Below, piece after piece: positions 31,788 through 42,270 of a stretch of 64,000 bases of DNA. Within the stretch, counting starts at the first letter, position 1. Every line of letters begins with the position of its first letter. Under the pieces are notes generated by a model, which was not told the origin of the DNA, made no database searches, and saw nothing but the letters and a program-made list of their open reading frames with translations. The stretch spans positions 25,587-89,586 of the forward strand of contig JBEKDF010000008.1 in assembly GCA_050014495.1 (NCBI GenBank), read 5' to 3'. A program made the translations under genes and the position numbers. Origin of the DNA: Candidatus Bathyarchaeia archaeon (GTDB lineage Archaea; Thermoproteota; Bathyarchaeia; TCS64).

Positions 31788-32897
31788 CTAAGCTAGGCGA
31801 TTGTATTTCTTCAAAGCGGATCGAAGTCGGTCATGTGGAATAGCATACACCTTGTTGCCATTTATCCCTACCATAGTCTCAGCTGCTACTAGCGCGTTCA
31901 CGATCGCCTCCTCAGTCGCTTGAACAGTTGCAAGGAAGAGGTCACTCATCAACTCATTGGGGAGCATCCTTACATCCTTGACCTCGGTATCACTGTAGAC
32001 GCGTGGATTCGACGTCGAGAATGCGATGAATATGTCACCTGACCCGTTTCCACCCACACCACCGACCCTGGCCACACCCATTGAGGCCCGCCTCGCCAAC
32101 CGCTTAAGCTGGTGGGGAAGTAGAGGCGCATCCGTAGCAATCACTACGATTATCGAGCCTTGCTCGTTAGGCGCCTGGGTGATATGTTCCTCGGGCATGA
32201 GGTCTGGGATCTCCTGACCCACGGGTACACCAGTTATCGTTAGGAGCGACCTGAGTCCATAGTTAGCTTGGACCAAAACCCCAACAACATACTCGTGTAA
32301 GCCTATAGTTGATACTCTCGAAGATGTACCGATTCCGCCCTTAAATTGGTGGCAAATCATTCCAGTGCCACCGCCGACATTTCCCTCCGCAATGAGACCA
32401 GTAGACGAGGTCTCAATCGCTTCAAAGGCGTGCTCCTTCTTCACATGGAAGCCATTGATGTCGTTCAACAGACCATCGTACGTCTCAGCAACGACTGGAA
32501 GCGACCACGGATCCCCCAACGATGAACCCTTCTTTCTCTGCATCCACTCGATCACAGCATCGTGGACGACACCAACGCTGTGAGTGTTGGTAATCATAAT
32601 TGGCCCGGAGAGGAATCCGGACTCATCCACCCAGGTAGTTCCAGTCATCTCCCCGTTCCCGTTTAGGCAGGCCCACCCTGCGAATACAGGGTCATTCGCC
32701 TCGCCTCGGTGAAGAACAGCGGTGACACCGGTCCTCACCATGTTAACGCTAACATTGAGCCCACCATCCCCCTCGATGATGGTTGAGTGCCCGACAGTAA
32801 CACCCTCCACATCGGTGATCGCGTTACACCTACCTGTTACTCCCAGGAAGGGAACTCCGAGATCCCTGGCTCTCGGCTTAACCCTTGAAGAACTCAT
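31788..32897 (-). CDS. DmpA / P1 family aminopeptidase
   Basis: RARDLG, NAITDV.GV.VGH, EGNVGGGTGM, GSIIVVIATDAP, SGD. Confidence 0.93.
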   Translation of the reverse strand: MSSSRVKPRARDLGVPFLGVTGRCNAITDVEGVTVGHSTIIEGDGGLNVSVNMVRTGVTAVLHRGEANDPVFAGWACLNGNGEMTGTTWVDESGFLSGPIMITNTHSVGVVHDAVIEWMQRKKGSSLGDPWSLPVVAETYDGLLNDINGFHVKKEHAFEAIETSSTGLIAEGNVGGGTGMICHQFKGGIGTSSRVSTIGLHEYVVGVLVQANYGLRSLLTITGVPVGQEIPDLMPEEHITQAPNEQGSIIVVIATDAPLLPHQLKRLARRASMGVARVGGVGGNGSGDIFIAFSTSNPRVYSDTEVKDVRMLPNELMSDLFLATVQATEEAIVNALVAAETMVGINGNKVYAIPHDRLRSALKKYNRLA

Positions 32898-33017
32898 AGA
32901 GGAAAAATGAATTCGACAGAATAAAAAACCTTGAACTGAGTTACAATCGTGCATGATGTTACTCGAACAGCTTAATATCCGAGGGAATATGCTTCAAGAT
33001 CACATAAGGGAAGATGA

Positions 33018-33182
33018 TTGTCCCGAAAGATAACCGCCGTGCCAATCGGTGAAAAATGGTGCAGAAGATGTATCAACTCTAGAAAGCCCTGCCATAAGGC
33101 CGAGGGAAATTGGTGCTACAGATTCGACCCGACAAGTCCTTTGGCTAGAAAGCATCTCAGGGAACGTTCGGGTTTAGAGTGA
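33018..33182 (+). CDS. Small Cys-rich protein (54 aa), not in ORF track
   Basis: TTG start; MSRKITAVPIGEKWCRRCINSRKPCHKAEGNWCYRFDPTSPLARKHLRERSGLE. Confidence 0.5.
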   Translation: MSRKITAVPIGEKWCRRCINSRKPCHKAEGNWCYRFDPTSPLARKHLRERSGLE

Positions 33183-33247
33183 GTAGCGCAACTAATATTC
33201 GCGCGTTCAACAGAGTAATTAGATAAAAAAACAAGTGTGCATTTTAG

Positions 33248-34225
33248 TTGGTGATTGAATTGGTGCTATCACCGATACATTTTGCTCCATCGATCGCTGC
33301 TGCCATATTAACCATAATCTTGGTCTTCACCAAGCGCGACAGGGGTCACAAGACCCTAGCCTATGGAATGGTGTTCTTCGCAGCGATTGGGTTCGCGGGA
33401 TTCATTTTCGGTGACTGGACCCAACTCCTCGGATTTAGCTTTCACTCGTTACACGCGTGGGTAGGATTACTTACTCTCTCGACCTCTGTGACCGCTTTTC
33501 TTCTCAAAACCGTGCATAGGGGACCTCACTGTCTAATTGGAAGAATTGCTGGAATACTAGCTCTGATCTCGTTGGTTATGGGATTAGTGATTCTGCTAGG
33601 TTTAGTACCTGGGACTTTGGCTAGCCAATTGACTCTCCAAGTATCAGCCTCAAGCCACCTCCCGGAAGTTGAGGCGCACCAATTCATGAACACGACACTC
33701 GTACCCATCTCAAGCCAGGGTAATAACGCGATAATTGGAACTCAATACATTGATCAAGACAATTACACACTAGTGGTCGATGGCCTAGTTGACAAACAAC
33801 TCACGCTATCATACAACGACTTACTAAACCTCCCAGCCTACTCGGAGGTCGCCTATATGCCATGCGTAGAAGGCTGGGGCTTCAACGCGAAGTGGACCGG
33901 CTTCCGAGTCATCGACATACTAGACCAAGCAGGGATCTCCATTGCAGGTAACTACGCGGTTTTCTACTGCAAAGACGGTTACTCAACGGGCCTCCCACTC
34001 ACATACCTACGGGACAACCACATCCTTCTCGCCTACGGGCTAAACGACGTCACGCTCCCCGCGGATAGAGGATTCCCGCTTCAACTCGTCGCTGAGAGCA
34101 AGTACGGCTACAAATGGGCAAAGTGGATCGTCAGAATCGAGGTCGTGAGAGGCGAGTATTTAGGATATTGGGAGACCCGCGGCTATACTGACTCTGCGGA
34201 TGTGGGAACCTTCCCCTATGGCTAG
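33248..34225 (+). CDS. Membrane-anchored sulfite-oxidase-family molybdopterin oxidoreductase
   Basis: N-terminal TM helices; L.VDGLV, PCVEGW, WTG, GFPLQLV, YGYKWAKW, GYWE.RGY. Confidence 0.92.
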   Translation: MVIELVLSPIHFAPSIAAAILTIILVFTKRDRGHKTLAYGMVFFAAIGFAGFIFGDWTQLLGFSFHSLHAWVGLLTLSTSVTAFLLKTVHRGPHCLIGRIAGILALISLVMGLVILLGLVPGTLASQLTLQVSASSHLPEVEAHQFMNTTLVPISSQGNNAIIGTQYIDQDNYTLVVDGLVDKQLTLSYNDLLNLPAYSEVAYMPCVEGWGFNAKWTGFRVIDILDQAGISIAGNYAVFYCKDGYSTGLPLTYLRDNHILLAYGLNDVTLPADRGFPLQLVAESKYGYKWAKWIVRIEVVRGEYLGYWETRGYTDSADVGTFPYG

Positions 34226-34375
34226 ATATGACGCAGCGTGCAAGAATCCATCATGCCAAAAAGTGTGCGCGCGACTCCTGCTAACTCACTAGCTAAGAAT
34301 CTCATCTGTACTATTTTGATGTGGAAATGGAGAAAGGGATACTCGTATGGGAGAAAATGTAAGGAGATAAATTGC

Positions 34376-35458
34376 TCAGCTTTGTGGTTCACAGTCCCTA
34401 TTTAGTGAGCCTGCAGCGCAATGAACCGAGCCACTGTTCCTCGGACCAACTAGGCTCGGTATATCGACCTCAACAACCTCCACGCCCATACTCTCAAGCC
34501 ACTTAGTCGCCTTTGGCTCACCGACTGGGACAAGGATCTTCATCGGCTCGAGAACGACCCCCGTCTCAGGCCCAACTGGCATACCTTGATCCACCCTGCA
34601 GAGATCATCGGGTGGAACCACGAACCTCCAATCCATCTCGCTTCTGAGCCAATCAAGCGTGTACTTGTCCAGCCACTTCGGATTAGCAACCGAAGTGTGC
34701 CTGTCGATCATGCAATAATGTGTAAGCTGTGGTCGGGGACCATACCCTGGGAGGATCCTCACATCCACCTCAGGGTCCTGCATGTGGATGATTCGCTTGA
34801 GTTGTTCATGGCCCCAATCATTCGCCCTCCAGACCCCGGGTTTCCTGGTGTTTGCCCTCGGGTAGTGAACCGCGGCGAAGAGGTGCTTCTCGTCAAGCCA
34901 CCCGATGTTTCCACCCTCAGCCATCCCCCTGCCCGTGATCATGCCAGTGACTGGACACCCAACACTTGCTAGGGTCTGATAGGTCGGGAGCTCCTCACCC
35001 CTCCTAATGTTGTCGTACATCCTCAGTATTATTTGGCCGTAGACCGCTGGGTGGCAGACATCGTCGGTATATATCGCTTTGACCTGGTAGGGTGGATCAT
35101 TAGGGTCAGGCTTCCTCTCAACGACCTCGACCCCTTCATCCCTGTACACCTTCACGAGCCTCTCATAATCCCTTGTCAGTTCGGTGAGGTCCTCTGGCTT
35201 GTAGCTCATCCTCCAACTTGAGAGACTTGAGTCGTGTGGTGCCCACGGCGTGGGTTTCCCAACGCTCAGAAACTCCTTCCCCGGTCTATGCAGAAGCACA
35301 GTGCGAAGCTTCCCAATAGTCGTGTTCGCCTTCCACTTCCTCCCCCAGACCCTTGGCATCTCCTCCTCGAATTCTGAGAGTATCTGCGGGTGATACTTCA
35401 TGTATTGCTCATGTAGCGTCATACCAGTTTTTTCCCTGAATTCATCTATCTCATCCAT
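34376..35458 (-). CDS. Amidinotransferase / arginine deiminase-superfamily protein
   Basis: GKLRTVLLHRPG, YTDD, EGG, GSVHC. Confidence 0.85.
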   Translation of the reverse strand: MDEIDEFREKTGMTLHEQYMKYHPQILSEFEEEMPRVWGRKWKANTTIGKLRTVLLHRPGKEFLSVGKPTPWAPHDSSLSSWRMSYKPEDLTELTRDYERLVKVYRDEGVEVVERKPDPNDPPYQVKAIYTDDVCHPAVYGQIILRMYDNIRRGEELPTYQTLASVGCPVTGMITGRGMAEGGNIGWLDEKHLFAAVHYPRANTRKPGVWRANDWGHEQLKRIIHMQDPEVDVRILPGYGPRPQLTHYCMIDRHTSVANPKWLDKYTLDWLRSEMDWRFVVPPDDLCRVDQGMPVGPETGVVLEPMKILVPVGEPKATKWLESMGVEVVEVDIPSLVGPRNSGSVHCAAGSLNRDCEPQS

Positions 35459-35632
35459 GAATTAGACCAAATAAACAGGTGTTAGTTAGATTATAAATTA
35501 CCTGAGTCACAGCGTGATATTCCCGAAAAACTATGACATGATTTAGAAAAGGATACAAGCCAAAGGGGACAGAGTACCAATTTCACTGTGAGAAAACATA
35601 TCTGGACTTGAAAACAATAAAGTGGGATCACC

Positions 35633-36448
35633 ATGCCCTGGGTCGACTCGAACGGAGCGAATATCTGGTATAAAGTAAAGGGAAAAGGGACGCCACTCCT
35701 TCTCTGCAACGGTTGGGGAGGTAGCAGTGACAGTTGGAGCTCCGACATGGTCAGTCTCCTCGCAGAAAAGCATATGGTGGTGTTATTAGACAACCGAGGC
35801 ACTGGGAGAAGTGACAAGCCGAATAATCCCTACACCATGGAGATTATGGTAGAGGACTCTAACCAAGTGCTAACCAAGCTGAACTTGGGACTCGCTCACG
35901 TGCTCGGCTTCAGCATGGGTGGCATGATCGCTCAGGCACTCGCCATATACCACCCCGAAAGCGTCAGAAGCCTAATCCTATGTGCTACGAGCCCCGGCGC
36001 TGCAAACAGTATACCCATCACACGAGAGGCGTCACATGAACTCGCCAGAGTGAGTGACGAGAGGATACCCAAGCACGACCAAGTTAAAGCCCTCATTTAC
36101 CTCCTATACCCCAGAGAATACATCGAGCCACGCCTAGAGGAGCTGATCAATGAGGAGAGCTACGATACCAACCCTACGCCGGTGTATGCGCTAAAAAGCC
36201 AGAGCGCTGCGACAGCCACTTTTGACTCCTACGACAGGCTTCAAGAGTTAAAGATCCCTGCCCTCATTCTAACAGGGGGCAACGACCGACTCATCCCACC
36301 GGATAATAGCCGACTCCTCGCTGAGAGGATCCCCGGAGGTGAGCTTCATATCCTTCCGGGCCTCGGACACGGCTTCCTTAAGCAGGCGACCGCCCAAGTT
36401 GTGGATCTAATACTCGAATTCACATCGAGAGTTGACAAACAGCAGTAA
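35633..36448 (+). CDS. Alpha/beta hydrolase
   Basis: DNRGTGRS, GFSMGG, G.ND, GLGH. Confidence 0.93.
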   Translation: MPWVDSNGANIWYKVKGKGTPLLLCNGWGGSSDSWSSDMVSLLAEKHMVVLLDNRGTGRSDKPNNPYTMEIMVEDSNQVLTKLNLGLAHVLGFSMGGMIAQALAIYHPESVRSLILCATSPGAANSIPITREASHELARVSDERIPKHDQVKALIYLLYPREYIEPRLEELINEESYDTNPTPVYALKSQSAATATFDSYDRLQELKIPALILTGGNDRLIPPDNSRLLAERIPGGELHILPGLGHGFLKQATAQVVDLILEFTSRVDKQQ

Positions 36449-36550
36449 TTAACAACAGTACCCACACGCGCGCCGTACGCGTTGCAAGCTCGCCTTGTTT
36501 AGAAGATACTAAATATACCTCTTTTTAGGCACCGAGACAATGATTACACG

Positions 36551-39500
36551 ATGGAGCCTCCTAGAAAAAAACACCAACCCAACACAACAACGAAGATACT
36601 ATTTGGCACAAGTGGTTGGAGGGGAAAAATAGACAAAGACTTCACATTACCCAACGTTCAACGCGCTGCACAAGGCGTCTCCGAATACTACAACAAGAAA
36701 ATCAAGAAAGGCAAGATACTGATAGGATACGACCCCAGAGGATCCAATCAAGACTTCGCAAAAGAAACAGCCTCAATCCTAGCAGCAAACCACGTCCCGG
36801 TAGACATAATCCTAGAGGAACCCACACCCACACCGGTTCTAGCATATTTGGCGAACTCAAGTGAAGAAATCACCGGTGTAATAAACCTCACAGCCTCTCA
36901 CAACAAATTCACAGACGATGGCTTCAAATTCTCACCCCACCACGGAGGCGCTGCAGACAAGGAGACGACAGACCTCATCTCCCAATACGCTAACGAATCC
37001 ACAAAAGTCCGAAGAGAAACATATGAAAACGCAAAGTCGACGGGCATAATCAGAGAAATCCAACTACAAGAAATCCTAGAAAAATATGTAGACGAATACA
37101 TCATCCCCACATTAAAGAGAATCAATGCCTGGGAAGCAATAATAGCTCACGTGAAATCGGATCCAAAATTCAAACTTGTCCTAGACCCCATGCAGGGAAC
37201 AACAGCTAAGTACCTTGAGGCTCTCTATGGGAGAATCGAGATCGAAGCAGAGAGAACATTCATCAAAATTCTCCACACGAATAATAATGATCCACTATTC
37301 GCGGCAGTGAACGGAGCGCCAAACCCAACCGAACCAGATAACGTAAAAGAATTGATAACCATAGTATCAAAGGACATTGAGACACTCGGAATTGCAACCG
37401 ACGGAGATGGGGACAGGCTTGGCTTAATTGACTTCGGAGGAAAACCGATCCAAGGAAACGACGTAATAGCCATGCTGACCCACTTCCTCGCGAATAAGAA
37501 ACTCAGAGGAGTTGTGGGTAAAACCATAGCTACAAGCAACTTCGTAGAAGCTGTCGCAAAACACTCTGGGTTGGAGATTCTTGAGACCCCAGTTGGCTTC
37601 AAATGGTTTGTTGAAAAAGTAACAAAAGAAGGAATCAGTTTCCTGATAGCTGGAGAAGAATCAGCACACATAGGCACTGGGCCATTCATGACATCTTGGG
37701 ACGATGGCATAACAACAGGCGTACTATGTCTTTGGATGGTCGCGGAAACCGGTAAAAGCCTATCCCAATATAAGGAGGAGATCGAGGCAATAATAGGGAG
37801 ATGCTACCTCTACAACAGGGAAAACATCGAATTAACCAGCGATTTAAGGGATAAAGCAACTGAGCTTTTAAAAAGAGTCAAACTCGAACAGACCCGAGGA
37901 ACGTATATAGAGGAAATGTCAATTTACAAGTTCCTTGCATCTCTACATACCTCACAGAGAATAGAGTCGATACTCGCAATAGATGGCCTAAAGATCATAT
38001 TCGAGTCTGGTGACTGGCTATGTATAAGGCTCTCAGGAACGGAGAATGTAGCCAGAGTCTACACAGAAGTAACAGACCCTGATAGAAGGGAACTCATCCA
38101 ATTTATCAGCAAAGCTCTTTTAGGCATAAAACCCGAGGCGGAGCTATCAAACCTCATCCAGGCCTCAGAGAAAAGTAGGTCAGATATACCAGAAATTAAT
38201 TCATATAGAGAAATCGGATTCGAGGGTGATAGCCAACGCCTAGGTTGGGTCATCCCCCCAGCCTGGGAGAAAATCGAGGAGAGATTAAACAGCTTCAACG
38301 ATTTATACGCAGTCAGAGGGAAAAATAACTTTGTCTTCTCGGGTATGGGTGGCTCAATCAACACCATCAAAGCGATAGCTAAGATCCACAACAAACAAAC
38401 CAGTGCAAAAATTTATACAATCGACAGCCTCGACCCGGCGGCCCTGAAAGAACTATTATCACAAATTGATTCCTTATCAGAGACTCTAGTTATCGGAATC
38501 TCAAAATCAGGAACCACAAAAGAAACACAGGACATATTGAAGGCTCTGAGAGAAAAATTCGAATCACTAGGACTCGATCCACAAAACCACTTCCTATGGC
38601 TCACCGATCTCAGCCAAGGCAGAAAATCGATCGATAACAGTGGCTGGGAAAGCATACAAACCCTCCCAATTCAAATAGACGGCAAAACTGATATTGGTGG
38701 CAGATTCACAGCACCACATACAGCTATCTTTCTAATCCCGTTATACCTAGTTCTCAACAAGGACCTTACAAAATTAAACATCATCTGGAATGAATACCTC
38801 CGACTCAGAGAAGCACTCCTCGAATCCGCAGCGAAGAAAGCTTACTCTCTAGTCAAGAAAGAAGCACAGTACTTTGCTATAATACTCGACGAACAAATCA
38901 CTCAAGCCCTCGAAACCTGGATAACACAGCTAATCCAGGAATCCCTGGGCTCAAAAATCTCCAACTATAACCCAAAAACGATCGTATTGACAAGAGGAAA
39001 GGAGATCCCCCCTGAATTCGAACCAGTGAGCTTCGATTTCGACACAACAAACGTTGATGTGAAAACCATGCTGAGCATGCATCTGCCACAAGTCTTCACA
39101 GCTATCTTCGCCTTCGAGAAGGGAATAAACTTCGTTACACAGCCAGACGTGGAAATTTACAAGAGGGAAATGAACCTCATCGACCCACAGAAACTACCCA
39201 ATAACGAACAGGTTACATACACCGAACTCTTGGCAGAGGTAAGTAATCACCTTAAAAATAAGCCAAAAAAAAGATTCCTCGAAGTAGTTTGTTACTGGCA
39301 TCTTAGAAACGAATTTAAAAATCTACTGAGTAATCAATTGAAAAACGCCTTCCCAGAACTGGAAACCCTCGTATTCACCGGAAGCGATTGGAACCACCAC
39401 TCGTATCAAGCGGCGAGCAGAAACGAGGACACCCTATTCATAATCCTAACCAAAAATAAATACGAGCCCCATGTAGAAGGAGTCTCAGATTCTACCCTCA

Positions 39501-39616
39501 CAAACAACATTAACAGTATCCAGAAAATAGCTTACGCAACATATCAGACACTACAGGACAAGGCGCTTCTTCTCAAGATTAATGAGTATGATTTCATCCC
39601 TGAAAATCAAATCTAA
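36551..39616 (+). CDS. Phosphoglucomutase/phosphomannomutase fused to glucose-6-phosphate isomerase
   Basis: FGTSGWRG, TASHN, DGDGDR, GEES, RLSGTE; then GMGGS, SKSGTT.ET, GGRF, QLIQESLG, QPDVE..K. Confidence 0.88.
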   Translation: MEPPRKKHQPNTTTKILFGTSGWRGKIDKDFTLPNVQRAAQGVSEYYNKKIKKGKILIGYDPRGSNQDFAKETASILAANHVPVDIILEEPTPTPVLAYLANSSEEITGVINLTASHNKFTDDGFKFSPHHGGAADKETTDLISQYANESTKVRRETYENAKSTGIIREIQLQEILEKYVDEYIIPTLKRINAWEAIIAHVKSDPKFKLVLDPMQGTTAKYLEALYGRIEIEAERTFIKILHTNNNDPLFAAVNGAPNPTEPDNVKELITIVSKDIETLGIATDGDGDRLGLIDFGGKPIQGNDVIAMLTHFLANKKLRGVVGKTIATSNFVEAVAKHSGLEILETPVGFKWFVEKVTKEGISFLIAGEESAHIGTGPFMTSWDDGITTGVLCLWMVAETGKSLSQYKEEIEAIIGRCYLYNRENIELTSDLRDKATELLKRVKLEQTRGTYIEEMSIYKFLASLHTSQRIESILAIDGLKIIFESGDWLCIRLSGTENVARVYTEVTDPDRRELIQFISKALLGIKPEAELSNLIQASEKSRSDIPEINSYREIGFEGDSQRLGWVIPPAWEKIEERLNSFNDLYAVRGKNNFVFSGMGGSINTIKAIAKIHNKQTSAKIYTIDSLDPAALKELLSQIDSLSETLVIGISKSGTTKETQDILKALREKFESLGLDPQNHFLWLTDLSQGRKSIDNSGWESIQTLPIQIDGKTDIGGRFTAPHTAIFLIPLYLVLNKDLTKLNIIWNEYLRLREALLESAAKKAYSLVKKEAQYFAIILDEQITQALETWITQLIQESLGSKISNYNPKTIVLTRGKEIPPEFEPVSFDFDTTNVDVKTMLSMHLPQVFTAIFAFEKGINFVTQPDVEIYKREMNLIDPQKLPNNEQVTYTELLAEVSNHLKNKPKKRFLEVVCYWHLRNEFKNLLSNQLKNAFPELETLVFTGSDWNHHSYQAASRNEDTLFIILTKNKYEPHVEGVSDSTLTNNINSIQKIAYATYQTLQDKALLLKINEYDFIPENQI

Positions 39617-39696
39617 ATCCAAAAATTACTCCATATGAGACTGGGTCGTTGGCCAAAACCTTTACAGTTAAATAGACAAAAACTGTTCAATTATAC

Positions 39697-40056
39697 ATGC
39701 GTAAACCAACTAGAGAAGAGTCAGCTCAAATTTTAAAAGAACAACCCCCAGAGAGAGCCTTCTACTTCAACAATGATGTGGGAGCACCCACGGGCATATC
39801 TGCAAAAAGTCTAGCCGGATTCGTAGACTCCATAAAAACAATAGATACAGCTTCCCTCGAATTCCACATGAGTAGAGGAGACTTTGAGAAATGGGTAGCA
39901 ATGCTCGGAGACGAGACTCTATCACAACAGATCGTAAATCTCCGAAGAGACGCATTCCATGGTGATAAGATGCGGAAACGCCTACTACAAATATCGAGAC
40001 TCAGACTCGGATACCTAAAAAAACTCGCGGAAGCCTCAGAAACCAAACCCGCCTAA
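39697..40056 (+). CDS. DUF5752-like protein
   Basis: AFYF..G..A.SL..F..I......LEFH..RGDFEKWV..LGD..L; similar to the C-terminus of the GH57 at 46491. Confidence 0.8.
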   Translation: MRKPTREESAQILKEQPPERAFYFNNDVGAPTGISAKSLAGFVDSIKTIDTASLEFHMSRGDFEKWVAMLGDETLSQQIVNLRRDAFHGDKMRKRLLQISRLRLGYLKKLAEASETKPA

Positions 40057-40110
40057 TACAAAGTTCCATTTACATAACTTAATTAGTCAAACACCACAAA
40101 CTACCAATCA

Positions 40111-40365
40111 ATGAGCGGAAGAGAGCATACACCACACCAAATCTTACTGATTGCGCTTCATAACTCCGGTGCAATAATTGGTAAACCTGGGAAAACAATC
40201 GACGAACTGATAAAACTAACAAACATAAACAAAGAGGAACTAGAAACAATCATTTCCAATCAGATTATCTCAGGCTACCTAGAATGTACAACAGACCAAA
40301 CAGGGATAAAACACTACAACTTAACAGGTCGAGGCATAATCCGAGTCTCTTCCCTATACACGTGA
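40111..40365 (+). CDS. Small winged-helix protein
   Basis: TIDELIKLTNINKEEL...SGYL...YNLTGRG. Confidence 0.7.
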   Translation: MSGREHTPHQILLIALHNSGAIIGKPGKTIDELIKLTNINKEELETIISNQIISGYLECTTDQTGIKHYNLTGRGIIRVSSLYT

Positions 40366-40374
40366 GGAAAGAGA

Positions 40375-41007
40375 TTGAAGATTATTACCCCAGTTATACT
40401 ATCCTGGGAATATCCTCCAAGAATTATAGGCGATATGGCGCGTCACGTTGAGAGCCTTGCATTAGGACTCAATAAGGCCAATATACAAACAAAAGTAGTC
40501 ACATGCCATAACTCCTCATACAAATACGAGAGACGATCAAATCTCCTCGAGTTATACTGGGCATCAAATCCAGTCGAGCCACAAATCTCCGTAATCACTT
40601 GGTGCTTAACACTAAACTCGGAGATAGAACGATTAGTCTCAGACATATATTATGATAGAAAGGGAGATGTCGACCTCTTAGATGTCCACGACTGGCATTT
40701 CGTATCAGCAGGCACAAACCTGAAGAGAGCCCTTGGTATCCCATTCGTCTTCACAATACACAGCCTCGAAGATCAGAGATCTCCCGATCCCTCATCACCC
40801 CTAAGTTCATGCATCAAAGGCCTAGAGAGGATGGGGGCCAACGAATCTGATCTAGTGATCACAAAATCGGATTCGATGAAAAAAGAGATCATGAAGATAC
40901 ATGAGATATCACAAAATAAAATAATCGTTGTCTCCCCAACCGAAAAAGAATGGATCAAAAAAATCATAATGTCGTATAGGAAAATAATACCAGACGAGCG
41001 AGGGTAA
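40375..41007 (+). CDS. GT4 glycosyltransferase N-terminal domain only
   Basis: WEYPPRIIG, HDW, TIHSLE; no C-terminal EPFG...EA domain. Confidence 0.8.
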   Translation: MKIITPVILSWEYPPRIIGDMARHVESLALGLNKANIQTKVVTCHNSSYKYERRSNLLELYWASNPVEPQISVITWCLTLNSEIERLVSDIYYDRKGDVDLLDVHDWHFVSAGTNLKRALGIPFVFTIHSLEDQRSPDPSSPLSSCIKGLERMGANESDLVITKSDSMKKEIMKIHEISQNKIIVVSPTEKEWIKKIIMSYRKIIPDERG

Positions 41008-41011
41008 AGAC

Positions 41012-42202
41012 TTGCTAACCCCCAACGTTCTGATGTTAGCTTGGGAGTATCCTCCCAGAATTATTGGGGGTCTTGCACCACATGTATACGAATTATCAAG
41101 AGCCCTTGTAAAGAAGAAGATCGAGGTCCATGTAGCCACCTGTGACTTCCCAGGAGCAAAATCATACGAAGAGGTAGACGGAGTAATCGTACACCGAATC
41201 GACTCCTACAGTAGCCCCACACCCGATTTTGCAACATGGGTCGCGATGATGAACGTCAATCTCCAGAGGGAAATAGCCAGGATAATCACCTCAAACGACA
41301 TCAACTTACTTCATGCGCATGACTGGCTTGTAGCGAGCGCCTCAATTGGTCTTAAACACATGTTCCGCATACCACTCGTCGCAACCATCCACTCCACTGA
41401 GTACGGAAGAAGAAATGGTGTCCATAATGACTACCAGAGGATGATAAGTTCAACAGAGGGTTGGCTAACTAGAGAGGCTTGGCGAATAATCTGCTGCAGT
41501 AGGTACATGGCCAATGAAATCCACTCAATACTAACCATTCCTGAGACAAGGATCGATATTATCCCCAATGGAATCAACACGGCGTTATACAAGACACCTA
41601 TCAACCTCGAGGAGTTGAGATCAGGATTCGCTCAGCCCTACGAGAAACTAGTCCTATTCGTCGGTAGACTCGTCCAAGAGAAAGGAGTATCAACAATTGT
41701 AGAGGCTGCACCACTCCTTCAAGGACTAAACATAAAGATAATCATCGTAGGTGAAGGCTACCTTAAAGAGGAGTTGATAAGACGCGTGAACGAACTCGGC
41801 TTATCGGATAAGGTGTTTGTGACAGGTTTCCTCGATGGAGAAACAATCAGAGGACTATTCAGAGTAGCTGATGTCTGTCTCATCCCATCCATCTACGAGC
41901 CCTTCGGAATAGTGGCATTAGAGGCTATGGCTGGTGGTTCACCTATTGTAACCTCAGGATCAGGAGGACTGGGAGAGATTCTTGACCATGACCGAACTGC
42001 TATATTTGTATATACAAATCCAGAGTCATTAGCCTGGGGAATAAGGAAGATGTTGACCGACCAGAAATACGCTGATAATCTAAGAAAAGAGGCTTCTAAA
42101 CGAGTCAAATCATATGAATGGGGTGCCATAGCGACAAGTACAATAGGCACCTACATGAGAACGATGCTCGAGTACAATGAGGGTAAATGGAAACCATTTT
42201 AA
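41012..42202 (+). CDS. GT4 glycosyltransferase (glycogen synthase-like)
   Basis: WEYPP...GGL, HAHDW, FVGRL..EKG, PSIYEPFGIVALEAM. Confidence 0.93.
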   Translation: MLTPNVLMLAWEYPPRIIGGLAPHVYELSRALVKKKIEVHVATCDFPGAKSYEEVDGVIVHRIDSYSSPTPDFATWVAMMNVNLQREIARIITSNDINLLHAHDWLVASASIGLKHMFRIPLVATIHSTEYGRRNGVHNDYQRMISSTEGWLTREAWRIICCSRYMANEIHSILTIPETRIDIIPNGINTALYKTPINLEELRSGFAQPYEKLVLFVGRLVQEKGVSTIVEAAPLLQGLNIKIIIVGEGYLKEELIRRVNELGLSDKVFVTGFLDGETIRGLFRVADVCLIPSIYEPFGIVALEAMAGGSPIVTSGSGGLGEILDHDRTAIFVYTNPESLAWGIRKMLTDQKYADNLRKEASKRVKSYEWGAIATSTIGTYMRTMLEYNEGKWKPF

Positions 42203-42270
42203 CCCTTGAGATATCTATCCAACAGAAACGGACAACATAAAATAACGAAATAACTAGTTTTGGTGATGAA

